In this document: one piece after another, positions 1 to 13,815 of the stretch
How positions within the stretch are numbered: position 1 is the first letter of the stretch
Layout: each line of letters begins with the position of its first letter
Source of the DNA: Hydrolagus colliei
Taxonomy: Eukaryota
DNA length: 64,000 nt
Assembly (NCBI GenBank): GCA_035084275.1
Contig: CM068759.1
Location: forward strand, 6,696,001 to 6,760,000
Direction of reading: 5' to 3'
Program-made: the position numbers and the translations under genes
The notes under the pieces: model-generated
Seen by the model: the letters and a program-made list of their open reading frames with translations, nothing else
What the model was told of the DNA's origin: nothing
The model's database searches: none

Positions 1-909
1 CAGTTACCGCTAGGTAAAAAACGGCAGGTGGAGTAAGGAAACTTCTCCAAGGAAATCTAATTATTATTATAACAACAAAGAAAGAAAACATACCAAACCA
101 TTGAAAAACAATGAAACTCTGCCCAGATACAAAACATACTCCAAATGGAAAAAGAAAAAAAGTTGCTCTTCCAACAAACAATTCAAAATGATCCTTAATT
201 GTGTTAGTCACAAATATCTGAAATTTCCTAACGTCACTCTCCATCTACCCACCCTTGCTGCATATAGCCTGATACTTCCAAAAGGATTCCATTCTACATC
301 CCACACAATATTCCAAGTACACATCATTCAGGAACACTGACTCATTGCCCATTCGGGGAGAGAGAAAATACATCTCGGACAATTCACAACTTCCAAAGTC
401 AGCTGCAAAAGTCACCGTCAACACCACAGCCTACCTTGATCCTCCCTACACCCTACTACATGAGTGATCGAGCAAATCAGACTTTGGGATCTGTCTTTAA
501 TATCTGCAGCCTTGACCCACAGCAGACAGAAACTAAATTACAATACAGTATAACCAAAAACAGGATGTTGATCTAAAAACACGTAATAAACTTGCAATTT
601 ACCGCAGAATGTTAACAACACTTGGACTCAATAATAGCACCTGATTGTGCCTCTGAGATGTGTCTGAGCACGTCACCTGAATTTATTGTAAAGTGTAGTG
701 ACTGTGTATATGCATTCAAATTGTTATGCAAGTCGGTTAATTGTGCCAAGCTTATTAACATAAAATGGGTGTAGCCTAACTGATAAAAACCTGTAAAGCC
801 AGCATCCTTTTGAGCCTCGGCACAGAATCAATATTAACAGACTAGAAACTATCGTTGGAATTTTGAGAACACAACATCGCCAAAACAAGCTTTAAGGTGA
901 AACGCTTAC

Positions 910-1159
910 CTACGTTCTCCACTCCACCGCTCTCCCAACTTTGTAAAAAGTCAGGGTCACTGTCCACCACATTGGGCTGGGACCACTCCTCAGCCACCGT
1001 GTCTGCATCCCCAAAGCTCAGTGTCCCGCTCAGGCGGGAGGACAGACCCTCTGTGTCGTCTTCAAGCTCCGATCCTTCGGGGAAATCTTGAGCCGTGTCC
1101 TCCGTGATGTCCTCTTTTTGGGCCTTCCTTCGAAACCGGTGGAGGATTTTCGAGGCCAT
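910..1159 (-). CDS. SNX21: Sorting nexin-21, first recognisable coding exon (gene continues beyond the left edge)
   Basis: Translation MASKILHRFRR...FPEGSELEDDTEGLSSRLSGTLSF matches the SNX21 N-terminus (MASRLLHRLR...ELEDDDAEGLSSRLSGTLSF). Minus-strand acceptor tttcgcAG precedes exon start 1174; ATG is at 1159-1157; donor GTAAG follows 910 (phase 1). Divergent arrangement with TNNC2, as in mammals. Confidence 0.85.
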
Positions 1160-1364
1160 GCCACGCACCGAGCCCTGCGAAATGCACAGAATCAATCGAG
1201 CCAGCCAGGCTTTGTGTTAACATTACGCCTGGCAACATTTAAAGTCAAGCGGTATGTTCGACTGTGCCACATCTTAAAACCCCAGGCACCGGAAAACACA
1301 AGAAAGGGAGCAGTGAGTGGCATAGGAACAACAACAACAAAATTACATTTGTAAAGCGTCCTTT

Positions 1365-1690
1365 CACTGAAGTAGGCCATTCTGCCCCGAGAGCTTGTTC
1401 CATCATTCTATTAGATTATGGCTGATCTGTACATCAACTCCAGTTATCCACCTTTGCTCCACATCACCTTGATGGCCCCTGAACTAAGAATCCACTCCAG
1501 TCTTGAAACGTTTCATTGATCCAGCAGCATTATAGTAACTTCAAAGTATGGGAAGATTTATGGCTGTTACATTTTTCTATTCAATCATTTGCTCAAACTC
1601 ACATCCCTTCGAAAAGCTTAAATTCACTATTGTACTACCTGACCTTAATCTCCACCTGCAGTTCCCCAACCATTTCACCATGTTCCAATA
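1365..1690 (-). mobile_element. Degenerate CR1-type LINE 3' end
   Basis: gaagtaggccattc...agattatggctgatctg resembles the better-preserved copy at 55398-55665. Confidence 0.55.
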
Positions 1691-2027
1691 CACAAAGCAG
1701 TGTAATCAATTGGTGCTATCAACACTTGAAAAACATACCAAAGTCACTATATCAAAGGCAAGGATTATTACTATTATACTATTGTTTGTCAGGCTTTGCT
1801 GGCAGAAACAACTGCTAATGCTGCCCTCCAAAAACCATTAGTCAGATGTTTCCAGTGATAAGGTGGTAAATGTTTACTTTCTTTTGTGACTCCCCTTCCT
1901 TTGAACTTGTTTTCTTCAGTTTCACAAGCCCCACAGTCACTGACCTGAAACTGATTCACTGGTTCAAGCTACCAAAATAACTTCAAATGTCTGAAAACAA
2001 CAGAGCAATAACTGATTTTATTTTGAT

Positions 2028-2340
2028 GCCTGTAGCTCAGGGGTTAGAGCACCCTCCTTGTAAGTGAGAGACCTGGGTTCGATTCCCGGCAAGATGAAAC
2101 GTTGGGCAAGTAAATTTCCTTACTCCGCACACCTGCTAATAATCTCTCAAGAAGAAAACTAAAATAATAATCTGGTCATTCAATCCACCACTGTTTTGGG
2201 GCCACTGCTGTGTGCAATTCACTTCTGCATTTCACTTGCAAAATTACAGTCAATTCACTTTACACTATAAATAGTGTGAAGCGCTTTGAGATGTCGAGAA
2301 GATGTGAAAAGCGCTATATGAAATGCAATGATTATCATCA
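2028..2340 (+). mobile_element. tRNA-derived SINE (Deu-like core, L2-like tail), near full length
   Basis: Pol III A box tagctcaggggttagagc, B box gggttcgattcc, core gccactgctgtgtgcaatt, tail gtgaagcgctttgaga...gcgctatatgaaatgcaa. More than ten related copies in the window. Confidence 0.85.
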
Positions 2341-3453
2341 ATACTATTGTTTTCCAGTATTAGTAGTTTCTCTTGCCAATATGAGCTCGGGAAACATATC
2401 ATTTTGCCCACAAAACACACAGTGAATCACTTTATAGTACATCCTATGGCAAAACACAAACAAACAAACAAAATTACATATATAGAGCGCCTTTCATGTT
2501 GGGAGGATGTCCCAAGGCGCTGAAACACTTTAAATCATTGCAACATTGTGATGGGGTACTATATCTATTGCAAGGATTATTAATGATATAAATGCAAGTT
2601 GTTGTTGACGTTCTCCTCTTGAAACCTCCTGATGGAAATTACTCTGGCTGGCATTTAGTTCCGGGTCAAAATCCATCTTCTAAAAAATACTCTTAACTGA
2701 GGGGAAACAGAGTGAGGCCAGATAGTGGGGGAGCATCAGGTGCCTAGTATTCCATTCAAGGGACAGAATCTCAGTGTGGATACTCATGCTGACGGGGTTT
2801 TGTATGTGTCAAGACAATAACTAGTGCCATGACAGCTGAGATCAATCTCTACATACTCCCAACAACATGTGTGTGGGCGGGGGGGGGGAAGGGAGGAAGC
2901 CAGGAAGAAATCTCTAAAGACTGTAAACAGTTTCCACTATCTCTCGCCTGGACTAATCCCAATTGGTCGCAGCTTTCAATGCCTTTAAGTGGCGATAACA
3001 ACAACAGAATTACATTTGTATAGCGCCTTTCATGTCAGGAATGACAACTCCTGCCCAACCAACACACACAGCGTCGCCTTACGTCCTTACATCCCCTCGC
3101 CTCACCCCCAGAAATGGCCAGTTTCAGGTGGAATAATAAACACTTCAAGCCAAATACAATCGCGAAAAGGTGAATAAATTCACCATGTGAATAAATCTCA
3201 GTGGAGAATGCGCATATTCCTTATGCATGTTTTACGGGAGTGACACACATTCCCATTCCAGTTTCTTTCCTTCCTTGACTTCCTTTCCTTCTGAACAAGT
3301 AAAAAACAGTCCCCGGGGACTTGTTACTTGAGAGAAAAAAGTCTTTACCCCCCCCCCCCCCACCCCCCCACCTCTCACCCCTTTAATCATTTTGGTGTCA
3401 CCCCCATATTAAGCCACACATATTAAAGCAGAATTAGATTTGTGGTGCCTTAC

Positions 3454-3598
3454 CCCAGGTTTGCTCTGCAAACTGGGTCAGACAGAGAGAGCACTTTGTA
3501 ACTAACCTTTAACTAACTCCCAACCAACATGCAAACTGCATCATGGCGTCTTTCAACCGTTTAATCTTCCCAGTCCCTGATTTCCTCGCCAGATAAAT
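3454..3598 (-). other. Candidate SNX21 5' UTR exon containing short uORFs
   Basis: Minus-strand acceptor ttgtttttgtAG (3600-3599) and donor GTAAGG after 3454. Internal ATGs stop within the exon (MMQFACWLGVS*). Not verifiable without RNA data. Confidence 0.35.
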
Positions 3599-3633
3599 CT
3601 ACAAAAACAAATACACCACCAGTTCCACCAAAG

Positions 3634-3770
3634 TGTGTGTGTGTCAGAGAGAGAGAGAGAGAGAGAGACACAGAGAGAATAAGAGACAGACACAGAGAGA
3701 ATAAGAGACAGACACAGAGAGAATAAGAGACAGACACAGAGAGACAGATAGATAGAGAGAGAGAGAGAGG
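3634..3770. repeat. Compound (GT)n/(AG)n microsatellite with ~22-bp agacagacacagagagaataag units
   Basis: Directly visible. Confidence 0.9.
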
Positions 3771-4104
3771 GGTTTGCTCTGGAGTTTCTGACCTGGGAAG
3801 GGTGTCGCACTCCACGATCGCTTCCAAACTTCCCCCCCCCCCCCCCACTCTCCCCAACCCCCCCCCTCCCCCCCCCCCCACCCCACCCCACTCTCCCCCA
3901 GGGGATAAAACAAGGCGAAGATTGTGGGGACGAGGAGTTGGAGGAGAGGGAGAGAGAGAGAGAGAGAGAGAAGTGTTTGGTCTAAAGTTTTGGGGACTAA
4001 AATGGCTCTTGAGTTGCCGCTTTAACTCTAGGAACCTTCACATCGTGTCCGTCGGGGAGGAGAGAGGAATGTTTACAGCAAAGTTGGCTGCCAGTGTTTG
4101 CCTC

Positions 4105-4268
4105 NNNNNNNNNNNNNNNNNNNNNNNNNNNNNNNNNNNNNNNNNNNNNNNNNNNNNNNNNNNNNNNNNNNNNNNNNNNNNNNNNNNNNNNNNNNNNNNN
4201 NNNNNNNNNNNNNNNNNNNNNNNNNNNNNNNNNNNNNNNNNNNNNNNNNNNNNNNNNNNNNNNNNNNN
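4105..4268. other. Assembly gap (164 N), followed by CT/GT microsatellite to ~4400
   Basis: Run of n characters. Confidence 1.
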
Positions 4269-5059
4269 CTCTCACTCCGTGTCTCTTGTCTCTCTGTGTT
4301 TCTGTCTTTGTGTGTCTCTCTCGGTCTTTGTCTCTCTCTCTCTCTGTGTGTGTGTCTCTGTCTCTGCCTCTCTGTGTGTGTGTGTGTCTATCTGTCTCTC
4401 TGATGGTGAAGAAGATAGTGTTGGTAAAGCTTTGATCCCTGTTTCCTCGGCTCTTTTCGGCTGCTCTCGCTTTAACCCGGTTAATCGGCTCTGCCTTGCA
4501 TATTATTATTGCCTTGGCTCCTTCCAGATCTTGGCCACGACTTGCGCCTCCAACTTTCCTCTGCTGTTCCTCACTCAGCACTGACACCAACCGACACAGG
4601 AGGGGCAAAGCAGGAGGAGAAGGGAGAGAGAGAGAGAGAGCAAGGAAAAGGAAGGAGGAGAATAAATGGATGAGAAGAGACAGACAGATAGATGGGTGGG
4701 TGGGAGGGAGGGAGGGAGGATAGAGACCCAACACATGGAAAAGGCGAGAAAGGAAAAATAAAAGGGAAATAGGGAATCAGAGCCAAAAGGAAAACACATC
4801 AGGGAAGAAAGGAGCCAGACCTTTTTCCACTAAAGTAATAATAATCATTTATACTTATTTGGGGAGGACGGGTTTGCGCGGTTATGGGGAGAGAGCTGGG
4901 GAGTGGGATTAAATTGCTCTTTTTAAAGAGCCGGCACAGACTCGATGGATCGAATGTCCTCCTTTTGTGCCGTAAGATTCTATGATTCTCAGAATAATGA
5001 TAATGGTAACCCTTACATTTGGTACTGCGCCTTATTTGGTATTTGCATTTGGTACTTAA

Positions 5060-5365
5060 GCCCCCCCCCCGCCCGAACCGCCCCACCATCGGAGGCCGGG
5101 CCTTCAGTTTCTCCGCTCCCACCCTATGGAATGCCATCCCTCAATCCTTCCCTTTCCTCTTTCAAGGCCGGTTTGAAGACTTTCCTCTTCGATCGTGCCT
5201 TTTGTTCCACCCCGAACTCTTTTACCTCCCCTTCGTGTCTCACCCCTTCCCAAACACTCCCCTCCCAGCTCGGGTCACACGCCTCCCGTGCAGCGCCTTG
5301 GGACGTCCTCCCGACGTGAAAGGCGCTCTATAAATGGAATTTGTTGTTGTTGTTGTTGTTGTTGT
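5060..5365 (+). mobile_element. L2-type LINE 3' fragment with (GTT)n tail
   Basis: Frameshifted ORF2 C-terminal motifs RPTIGGRAFSFSAPTLWNAIP and SSFKAGLKTFLFDRAF. 3' end gcgccttgggacgtcctcccgacgtgaaaggcgct followed by (gtt)n. Confidence 0.8.
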
Positions 5366-5603
5366 CACATCACTGAGGCATCTCGAAGCGCTTCACAGGA
5401 TATATTGTCAAGTGTAGTAGTGACTGTGCATTTTGTGGGCGAAACTCGACAGCCAATGGCGTGCAGAAGTACCCCCCCCAATTGATTAACAACCGGGTTC
5501 CCGCTAAACAGAGGCAGGAAACTTGCCTGTGGTATTGCCTCACCTGCGAACCCAACCCGAGCACTCTGGCTTGTAAAGGCGAGCGAGCTAACCACTGTGC
5601 TAC
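5365..5603 (-). mobile_element. tRNA-derived SINE, tail-to-tail with the L2 fragment
   Basis: Reverse-complement tail tctcgaagcgcttcacag and head gctaaccactgtgctac. Confidence 0.65.
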
Positions 5604-5913
5604 ACGACAGCACAGTATACAACACCAAGAGGAAAATGTAGTCGCAAAATTAATCAGAGCAAAACATCGGATCTGAAAGGAGGTAAATCAATAGCAGAGA
5701 ATCAAAGAAGCGAAGACAAGGTCATGTGTACATCCGAGAATCCACTTTGTGAAGATAAAGTCAATTCTTTGTTATGACAGGTCTTTGTCTTTGCAATCTC
5801 CCTGCAGAGTAAACTGCTGATCACTCATCACTCCCAAGAGAAAGGGACTCTGAGGTATCCTGAGTGGATATGTCCTTAACATAAACAAATGGAGCCAGGA
5901 TATTGACAACATT

Positions 5914-6227
5914 ATAATAATAATAATAATAATAATCCTTGCATTTGATACAGCACTTTTCACATCTTCTTAGATGTCTCAGAGCGCTTCACAGAATATA
6001 CTAACAAGTGAATTGACTGTATATTTGTGGGAAAAATATGGCAGCCAATTTCGCACATCGGTGTCCCACAGTCATGGATTGAAACAATCAATTTATTTTT
6101 TGAAGGATTGTTATTCGGCATGTGCAATGAGGAAACGTACCCAAAGTTTCACCCTGCCTGTCTGGAATTGAACCCAGGTCTCTCGCTCGTAAGGCGAATG
6201 CTCTAACCACTGAGCTACAGGACTCCA
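5914..6227 (-). mobile_element. tRNA-derived SINE, full length with (ATT)n tail
   Basis: (taa)n-ccttgcatttgata through gaacccaggtctctcgc...ctaaccactgagctacaggactcca. Confidence 0.9.
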
Positions 6228-8624
6228 TGATGATTTAGGTGATAGTGACAAATGATGCCAGGGTTGAATTATCAGGGGCCTGTTTAGTATATTCTGTGAA
6301 GTGCTTTGAAACGTCTCAATGACATGATAAATGGTAACATTTGGATTTAAGCATAAATGCCCACGTTAATCAAAAAAGGTCAAAAAGAGGTGGGAGTTTC
6401 ACTGGGCATTCTGGCTAACAATCTCTCAAATTAAATTGGTCATCCACTTCATCGTTGTTTGGTGATACGTTGCTCTGTGGAAATTGGCTGCCACATTCAC
6501 CCACAAAACACAGTCACTGCTGTACATCCTTTGAAACACTTAATGACATTCCCCCCGACGTGAAAGGCATATTTAGTCTTTGAGTCGAACTCTTACTCTG
6601 GCTCTTGCTAGTTTGGAGGGTTGCATTTTCCTGACTTTAACAGGGGAACCTCCTATCATCTCATCAGATTATCCTGTTTCTCTTCTGCAACTTTTGTGCC
6701 AAACTTGGTCTTGTTCTGCTGGCTAGTACAGTACTATATACTGTATTACACAATAGAAGTGATTTCACTGTTTGTTGCTGCCACCCAGTGGTAAGATTGA
6801 TATAAGACAGACAAAATCATTTGAGTTCCACCAGACCATTTTCGTAGGTTTCAGAGGCTCATCTAAAGGCTTGTTAAACTAGGTGGCAGAAATTCCACAG
6901 AGGTCGAGATTTACTCTATTTATGTCGCATTTTAGAACATCCAGAATGTTGCAACTGCTTAAATATAGCCCTAATTTTAAACCTGAAATTAACAATGAGA
7001 AGTTGAATTTTTTTTTAAATGACTTCAAATAAATGGCTTCAAAGTAGGTACTGTGTCCCGTTTAATATTGGCTAAATAGGCTGGTGTCTTCATAGCAATG
7101 GTAACATTTGACACAGCACCTTTGACACATGGAGAAAATCTGAAAGAGCTTCAAAGGCTATAGTAGGGTGACTGTATGTTTTGTGGGTAAATACGGCAGC
7201 CAAATTGTGCACAGCGATGACCCACAAAACATCCATCAAAATGAATGTCCATTTTAATTTGGATTATTACAGGAAACCCAGTGAAACTCCCTTTTCTTTT
7301 GGGTCTTTCATGCTTCAATTCAAATACTACCAAATTTATAAATTTTTAATTTGCAAAGGCAAGTTTCTGCTGATCTTACAAGACATTAGAGGACTGGTGG
7401 GTATGCCAGTGTCCTCCTTGTAAAAGTGTAAATGAAGCTTTTTCCCAGGCACTGACTGACAGATAGTTAGGCCATGTTTTCTCACAGTACTTTGTATGAA
7501 ATTCAATCGACAATCACCTGTCTTGAGCATGCATTATTCCTAATTAGATTATTAGTGACATTAACTACGACCTTCATGGGTTGTCTGCATCTTAAAATAC
7601 ACTTTAGTAACCTCCATGTGATGGTTATGCTTCAATAGCTGTATTTGTTTTTGATTTCTATCATTTAACCTTCATAAAATTAAATTATTCAATGCTAGGA
7701 GTTTGGAAATGAATAATATATAATAATCCTTGCATTTGATATAGCGCTTTTTACGTCTTCTAGACGTTTCAAAAGCGTGAAATGGTTTGCAAAATAGATA
7801 AATAACTTTAGTATCATGGCCATTCCCACAATCCTTTCACCCACTGTCACAAAATGTATCTCTTTAATAAATACGTGCCTTGGATTTGGTCCATTTCTGG
7901 CCAGTGCTGAGTTAGCAGATTACAATCAAGTGGTGATGGAGGCACCGTCATCACCGCAGTATGAAGACGCTTGTCTCTGGAAAAGGACAGAAAAAACACT
8001 GAGCTGTGCACATGAGGATAGCTCTTCAATGGCCACTGTTTCACTTTGTATGTGTATCTCTCGTCTGCTCAGTTATGTCACCTACCACCTCACATTCTTT
8101 CTCTCTGCCTTTAAAAGCCTCCTTAAAACTACTAATTCAACTGTATCTATGGTCACTTCCCTCCTCCTTTCTCCCTAGCATCCACGTTCAGTATACAGCA
8201 CCATCTATGTAAAGCACTTTGCCTGTAAGATCAATTTATCTTGAAATGTAAGGCCTATGGAAAATTCTTAAGTAACTCACAAGGCACTTTTCTGCAATTC
8301 TTAAAAAGAAAACCAGGTAACGAATAAAGATTGAATGTAAAAATTTGCCTCTTTTTTACAAATGTAGTAACCAATTGGTATAGTACCTTTCACACCAGGA
8401 AGATGTCTCAACGCACTTCACATGGTTTACTGTAAAGTATAGTGACTGTGTATTTTGTGGGCGAATGCACAAAATTCGCCAGTTTGCGCATTGCAATGTA
8501 CCATTCGCCAGCCATAAAATGAATGACCATTTTCATTGGCAGATTGTTGGCTATACTCTGTGAAGCACTCTGAGATGTGGCGAAGACATGCTGTATCAAA
8601 CGCAAGGATTATTTTTATAACTAG

Positions 8625-8830
8625 TGCTATGAGACCTTTAACATCCACCTGAACAGGCTCATAGGGCCATATGTTTACCGACTCATCTGAAGCTCAGAAA
8701 CTCCAACAACACGGCACATGCCAGCACTGCTTTGGAGTGTCGGTCGAGACGATATGAGTTTGAGAGTGGGGCTTAAAACCCCACAATATTCTGGCTCAGA
8801 GGCAAGAGTGCTGTTAACTATGCCACGCTG
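8625..8830 (-). mobile_element. Older Deu-domain (SacSINE1-like) SINE fragment
   Basis: gacctttaacatccacctgaacagg...ctcatctgaag...ctggctcagaggcaagagtgct resembles 35645-36280. Confidence 0.5.
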
Positions 8831-11627
8831 GCAAACGCATAACAGTGATTACAAAATTCATTGAGCTGCACCAGCAGTTGAATATGTGTATTTTCTTATT
8901 TCACAATTAATTTCAGTCATTTTGCAGTTTAGTCACTAGATGCTGCAGAAACTCATGCAGCCCCAAATGCCGATAATCACCATTTACCAACGTGTGTGTG
9001 ATTAATTGTCACGTTGCCTATAATATATGTAATTTTCACATCTTGCATGGGTCATGAATCATCCAGTGTTTACAAGAAGAAATGCAAGAGATTAGGATGG
9101 AATTCCCCTCCGGATTCTGGGATGAATTCACAAACGTGCTTTGCAAGATCCTCCCTTGAAAACCAGGCCTGAAATCTCCTCATGTGTGCCTAAATTGGGA
9201 TTTGCTTAAATTTCATATGGAAAGCTCATTCTGTGTCAAATGTACATAAGGAAACAAAGCTATAGTTTCAGTCAGGGAGTCTATCTACCCTATACATCCA
9301 ACATCCGTAAAGGATTCCTTCCAACACACATATACCAATCGACTAACAACCAATTTCTTACTAACTGCTAGGTAAACAGAGGCGTATGGAGTCAGGAAAT
9401 GTACCTAAGATTTTGCCCCACCTGGGAATCGAACCCGAGTTTTCTTGCTTGCGAGGAAGTGTTCTAACCAATATACCACATATGATGTGGATGATATGTT
9501 TACAAATGAAATGTAGACAAATGCAAGAATAAATGCCGGAAAAATGCACTTAATGTAGAATGTTTCAGCAGAGAAAATAAAGAAATTTTCTGTATAAAAT
9601 TTGATTCGGCAAAATCAATGAATCCATGAGCACTGAAGTTACCAGTGTCTGGGCGAATGTCTGGTAGTTGTACATAACATGTATCATCAATAAAATGTTC
9701 TTTTCTGTGATATACAGATATGACCATTTAGATGAAAATATTGGTTAAAGAAAAAGTGATGTAGTAGATCTGTAAAAGTAGATCTGCGAGGTCAATGCAC
9801 CCTGATTACTGGCTTGGTTTAAATTGACAGCGTCACTGGAAAATTTATATACATTTTTCCAGCAGAAAAATCCATTCTTGCAGCATATTTAGCGGCAATT
9901 AATTTTGAATCAAAATGTAGATTCCTGCACTACTGTGCCAAGTGTAGAAATGAGTTTCGTTTCGGGCTGTTCGAATTTGTTATAACAGATATGGGCTGTT
10001 CGAATTGCAACTGACAAAAGTTAGTGAAAAATCATGTCAATTTATTATAAAGACCCTCTGTAATATTAATACAGTAATAGAGATTTTTCAGTGGTTTTAC
10101 TTGTTGGCTGCTACTTTTGTTTAATTAAAAAAAAAAAGATAATTGATTTAAATCGCAATTCCTTCCTTAAGCTACTTGTTGCTTGAGAACCAGACGGAGA
10201 GCAAAACACTTATTATTTCTTTCTGCCCATTAGGTTTTAACATATGCAGTTCCTCATATGAAGAAGCACTTGACATTGATATCTAACTACTGTATGTGTG
10301 TGTAGATTGCTCTACTGAGATGTCTATGGGAATGGAAGCAGTAACCAACAAGTATTGGGAGAGGGGGAAAGAACAGGACACATTTTAAACAAAAAAGATA
10401 ATTTAACATTTTTAGCAATTACCACTTTACTGTGATGAACATTAAAGTATTTATAAGATGAATGTGCTCGGAGCATGCCTTCTACTCCAATCTTTTAAAA
10501 ATATATATACAGTATATATAATCTACTATATTAGAAACAACTGTTTATGCTGCCTTATGTCACAAAATCACAGAACACTTCACAGATAATTAATTAGATG
10601 CAACTATAGTGTTTGTTATTTGAAGACTAGCATTGGCACCAGCAAGGTGCCAACTGATGCCAAGTGTTGTTGGCCACAATGATTGGGAAACCTCCCTTCC
10701 CTTAAATACTATTTCCTTCCCATATTAGTCAGTATGAAATGAATTCAATTATACATTTACAATTTTGAGAGTACAGGTAACCTCTGAAGGCATTGTAAAC
10801 ATGAAATATTAGTGTTTTGCCCTCTACTTTTTCTCTCTCTCTCTCTCTCTCACTCTGAAAAGCTCCAGGACGCTGGCCTTTGTGAAGGGCATAATATAAA
10901 TAAGTTGTTCTTCTTGTTGAAACATGCAACATTCTCTTATTAAGGTAATTGCCTGCTCTTATGATTGCAGATATTTAAGAGAAATAAAATCTGTGTGCCA
11001 GACTGAGTTGAAGGGGGATCATTGTGAGGCTGGCCTACAGGATGATGTCATGAAGAACAGTCAAGGAATGAGCAGAGAGCAGAGCATTGTTTAGTCACAG
11101 TGCATCCGGCATCTGTAGAGTGAAAATGATTTAATACATTGGGTGAATTGTTTGCCTAAGTCTGGTGTGGGTGAAGAGAACATTTTATTTGCAGCTGTAG
11201 AAAATGATAGCATCTTTTGATAGAAAACGGTAGGATCTTGATTCAGACTGAGAAGAGGTTTGGCATTTGTAACTAATGTTTTTCCACGTGTATTTTCTGT
11301 GAAGTGAATTTGTGGTACTGTATATTGCTCATTTGATTCCTGAAGTGTGTGTTTTAGCAAATAGTTGTTGGCATGTCCTAGGAGAATGCTGAAGTAACAT
11401 TGGTTCAGGGGAAGGGAAAAGCGGAAATTAATAACTTTATATTGGTACAATTAGACCGGTTTGTGATGCTTGGGTGAAAATTAATTTGATTAATTAGCAG
11501 ATTTGATTGACCTAATCTGTTAAAAAACATAAGATTAACATAATCTGTTACGAAATAATGCAATCGACACATTATTTACACATCTCATGCTTTCAACTCA
11601 GTCTGGCTCAGTGTGCAGCAATGTACA

Positions 11628-11880
11628 AACAACAAACAGCATTTGTATAGCGCCCTCCATGTCGGGCAGCGTGTCAGAGTGCTTCACAATGTCGGAGCCC
11701 GAAGCCGAGCCAGGGGGAGGGAGAAAGTGACGCTAAGTGCGTTCGAAGTGAAAGTTCTTCAGGCGCAACCTGAAGATGGGAAAGGAGGAGGTGAAGCAAA
11801 GGGATTTGGGGGAAGGAGTTCCAAAGTTTCGGGGCGTAGTGGCTGAAGGAACTTATTCACTCCTCCTCACCACCGATGCT
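11628..11880 (-). mobile_element. L2-type LINE 3' fragment
   Basis: aacaaacagcatttgtatagcgccctccatgtcggg tail plus ggaaggagttccaaagtttcggggcg (reverse of APxLWNSLP coding). Confidence 0.7.
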
Positions 11881-12199
11881 GCAGTGGAGGATTCCAGATG
11901 AAGTGTTAAACTGAGGTCAAATCTGTGTGTTAAATATCCTGTGTTACTATTCAACAAGAGCTAACCTGCAATCCTTCAGATCAATTTGATAATTTCACCG
12001 AATGGCTGTTTGTGAGACATTGCTACACTAAAATTTAGTCAAATAAGCTGCTACAACAAATGCCAGAGGCTGGTGATTGCAAACAAAATGGATCTTATTC
12101 AGTAATAAGGAAACGTGTGCTCAGCAGTGTGTTTATATATGTGAATGTATGTGTGAATGTATATATTTATTTAAATCAGAACCTTTTCCACCTCTGTCA

Positions 12200-12365
12200 C
12201 ATTGCCTGCCTCCCGCTCGTCCCTCGCACCCTCCACCCCACCGTCGGAGGTTGCACCATCAGCCACTTCGCCCCGAAACACTGGAATACACGCTGTCAAT
12301 CTCTCCGCCTTGCCCTCGCTCTCCCCTTTTTCAAGTCCCACCTGAAAACCTTCCTCTACTTATGG
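12200..12365 (+). mobile_element. L2-type LINE ORF2 3' fragment
   Basis: Encodes LVPRTLHPTVGGCTISHFAPKHWN...FKSHLKTFL, the L2 C-terminal motif. Confidence 0.65.
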
Positions 12366-13815
12366 CCACACACCCTCCAAGCTGTGAAAAGAGGCCTCAA
12401 AATTTCACATGCTCCTAGCCTAAAGAAAAAACAATCAACAACAACAAAAATTACACTTGTATAATGCCTTTCAGGTCAGCAGGATGTCCCAAGGTGCTGG
12501 ACAGTCATTGTATAAATCAATAACTTGATTTATACAGTTTCCTTCGTGCAGAATAATGCCTTGGAGAATATCACATAAAACAAGATCAAATGAAGGGAAG
12601 GGTGACAGTTGGCAGAGTCAAATAAGTAGATTTTACATTTGGTTTAAAGACAGATGGGGTGGATGGTGTGTAGATGGGTACAGGAAAATTGGAAGGTAAA
12701 AGGCTGAAAACTTGGCCAGTGATAGTGCTGCAGAGGTGTGTGTATGTGGTGGGTAGGAGTAGGTGGTGGAGGGGGGTGGTGGGGAGCAGTGAAGCAGGTA
12801 ATCTTAAACGGCTTTAACAGTTCAGATTACGAAGAATTATGGAAAACTACTCAATCGAATCTCGGTTTGGAAAACTGGTCTCCCAAATCTGTTCCAAAAT
12901 TTAGACTGAACTTCAAAATGTTGGATTTTGTCAAATGTTAAAAGACGATGGTCAAAAATTTCCAGCTTCAGATGCCTTGCATCGGGAGAATGTTTATCTA
13001 TGTAACATTATCTGTCTAGAACCTCAAGGGTGTTTGTAGGAGCCTTTCACTGATAATAAGTGTCTCAAGATCTCCCCAAGTAATTTAATCCTTTGGTGCA
13101 GAACGGCTGTCTGTGCCTGTCCAGATCCCTAAATGGTAAGGCAGATTCCAGTTAAAAATACATAACCCAGATATGGAGAGGGTTTCTGCTTAGCCAGCAC
13201 ATTCGGTTTCTGGGAATCTATTTTAATATTTGAAAGGTACAGAGGCTGGTGATGGTCGTGTGTGTGTATTGGGGGGTGGGGGGGTAGGTGGGGATGGGGG
13301 GAAGATACAACAGGTACAACATGGCAAAGTCATGTAAGGGAGTCTAAAATTCTACGGTAAATCCAAAACACGTGTTACTTTTCCTTGTATTCAGGAACTT
13401 TCCGTACTTTGGATCAGAAAAGTTGTTAGGAATCTCTGACTGATAAGAATAGTTGATTTCCAATTTCTGGTGAAATGCTACTACAAAAAGGAGAACAATA
13501 CATTGTGCTTGGCTAGTACAGGCGTGAGCTGGACTGCAAGTACCCATCCAGTATTTTATTTGAAACTCGCTACAGAAATCTATGAATAGAACATCAAACA
13601 TCAGGATTAAGTAAAGGGTTTCATTGCAGTGTGGCTACCACCCAGTCACTTAAGACTTTATCACAGGTCCACCCGCAAGTAATGAAGATCTTACGCATCA
13701 ACAGATTTAGCCTCATTCACTGGCTGTACAGTGGATTTGTAGATCAATGGTGCCCACAATTTCATTTCAAATAATTTATTCACTTCTTTCTCTGAGGGAT
13801 TTTTATTATTAAAAC

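Noticed and set aside
3553-4799. Long ORFs of 100-260 aa on both strands
   Set aside because: They derive from microsatellites, poly-C runs and an N gap; low-complexity translations.
7816-8178. 120-aa ORF
   Set aside because: No recognisable homology; contains a fragment (gtgctgagttagcagat) resembling an old SINE.
9500-10062. Possible DNA transposon remnant (TIR-like accctctgta, short repeat gggctgttcgaatt, 75-aa minus ORF)
   Set aside because: No matching second TIR or transposase motif found.
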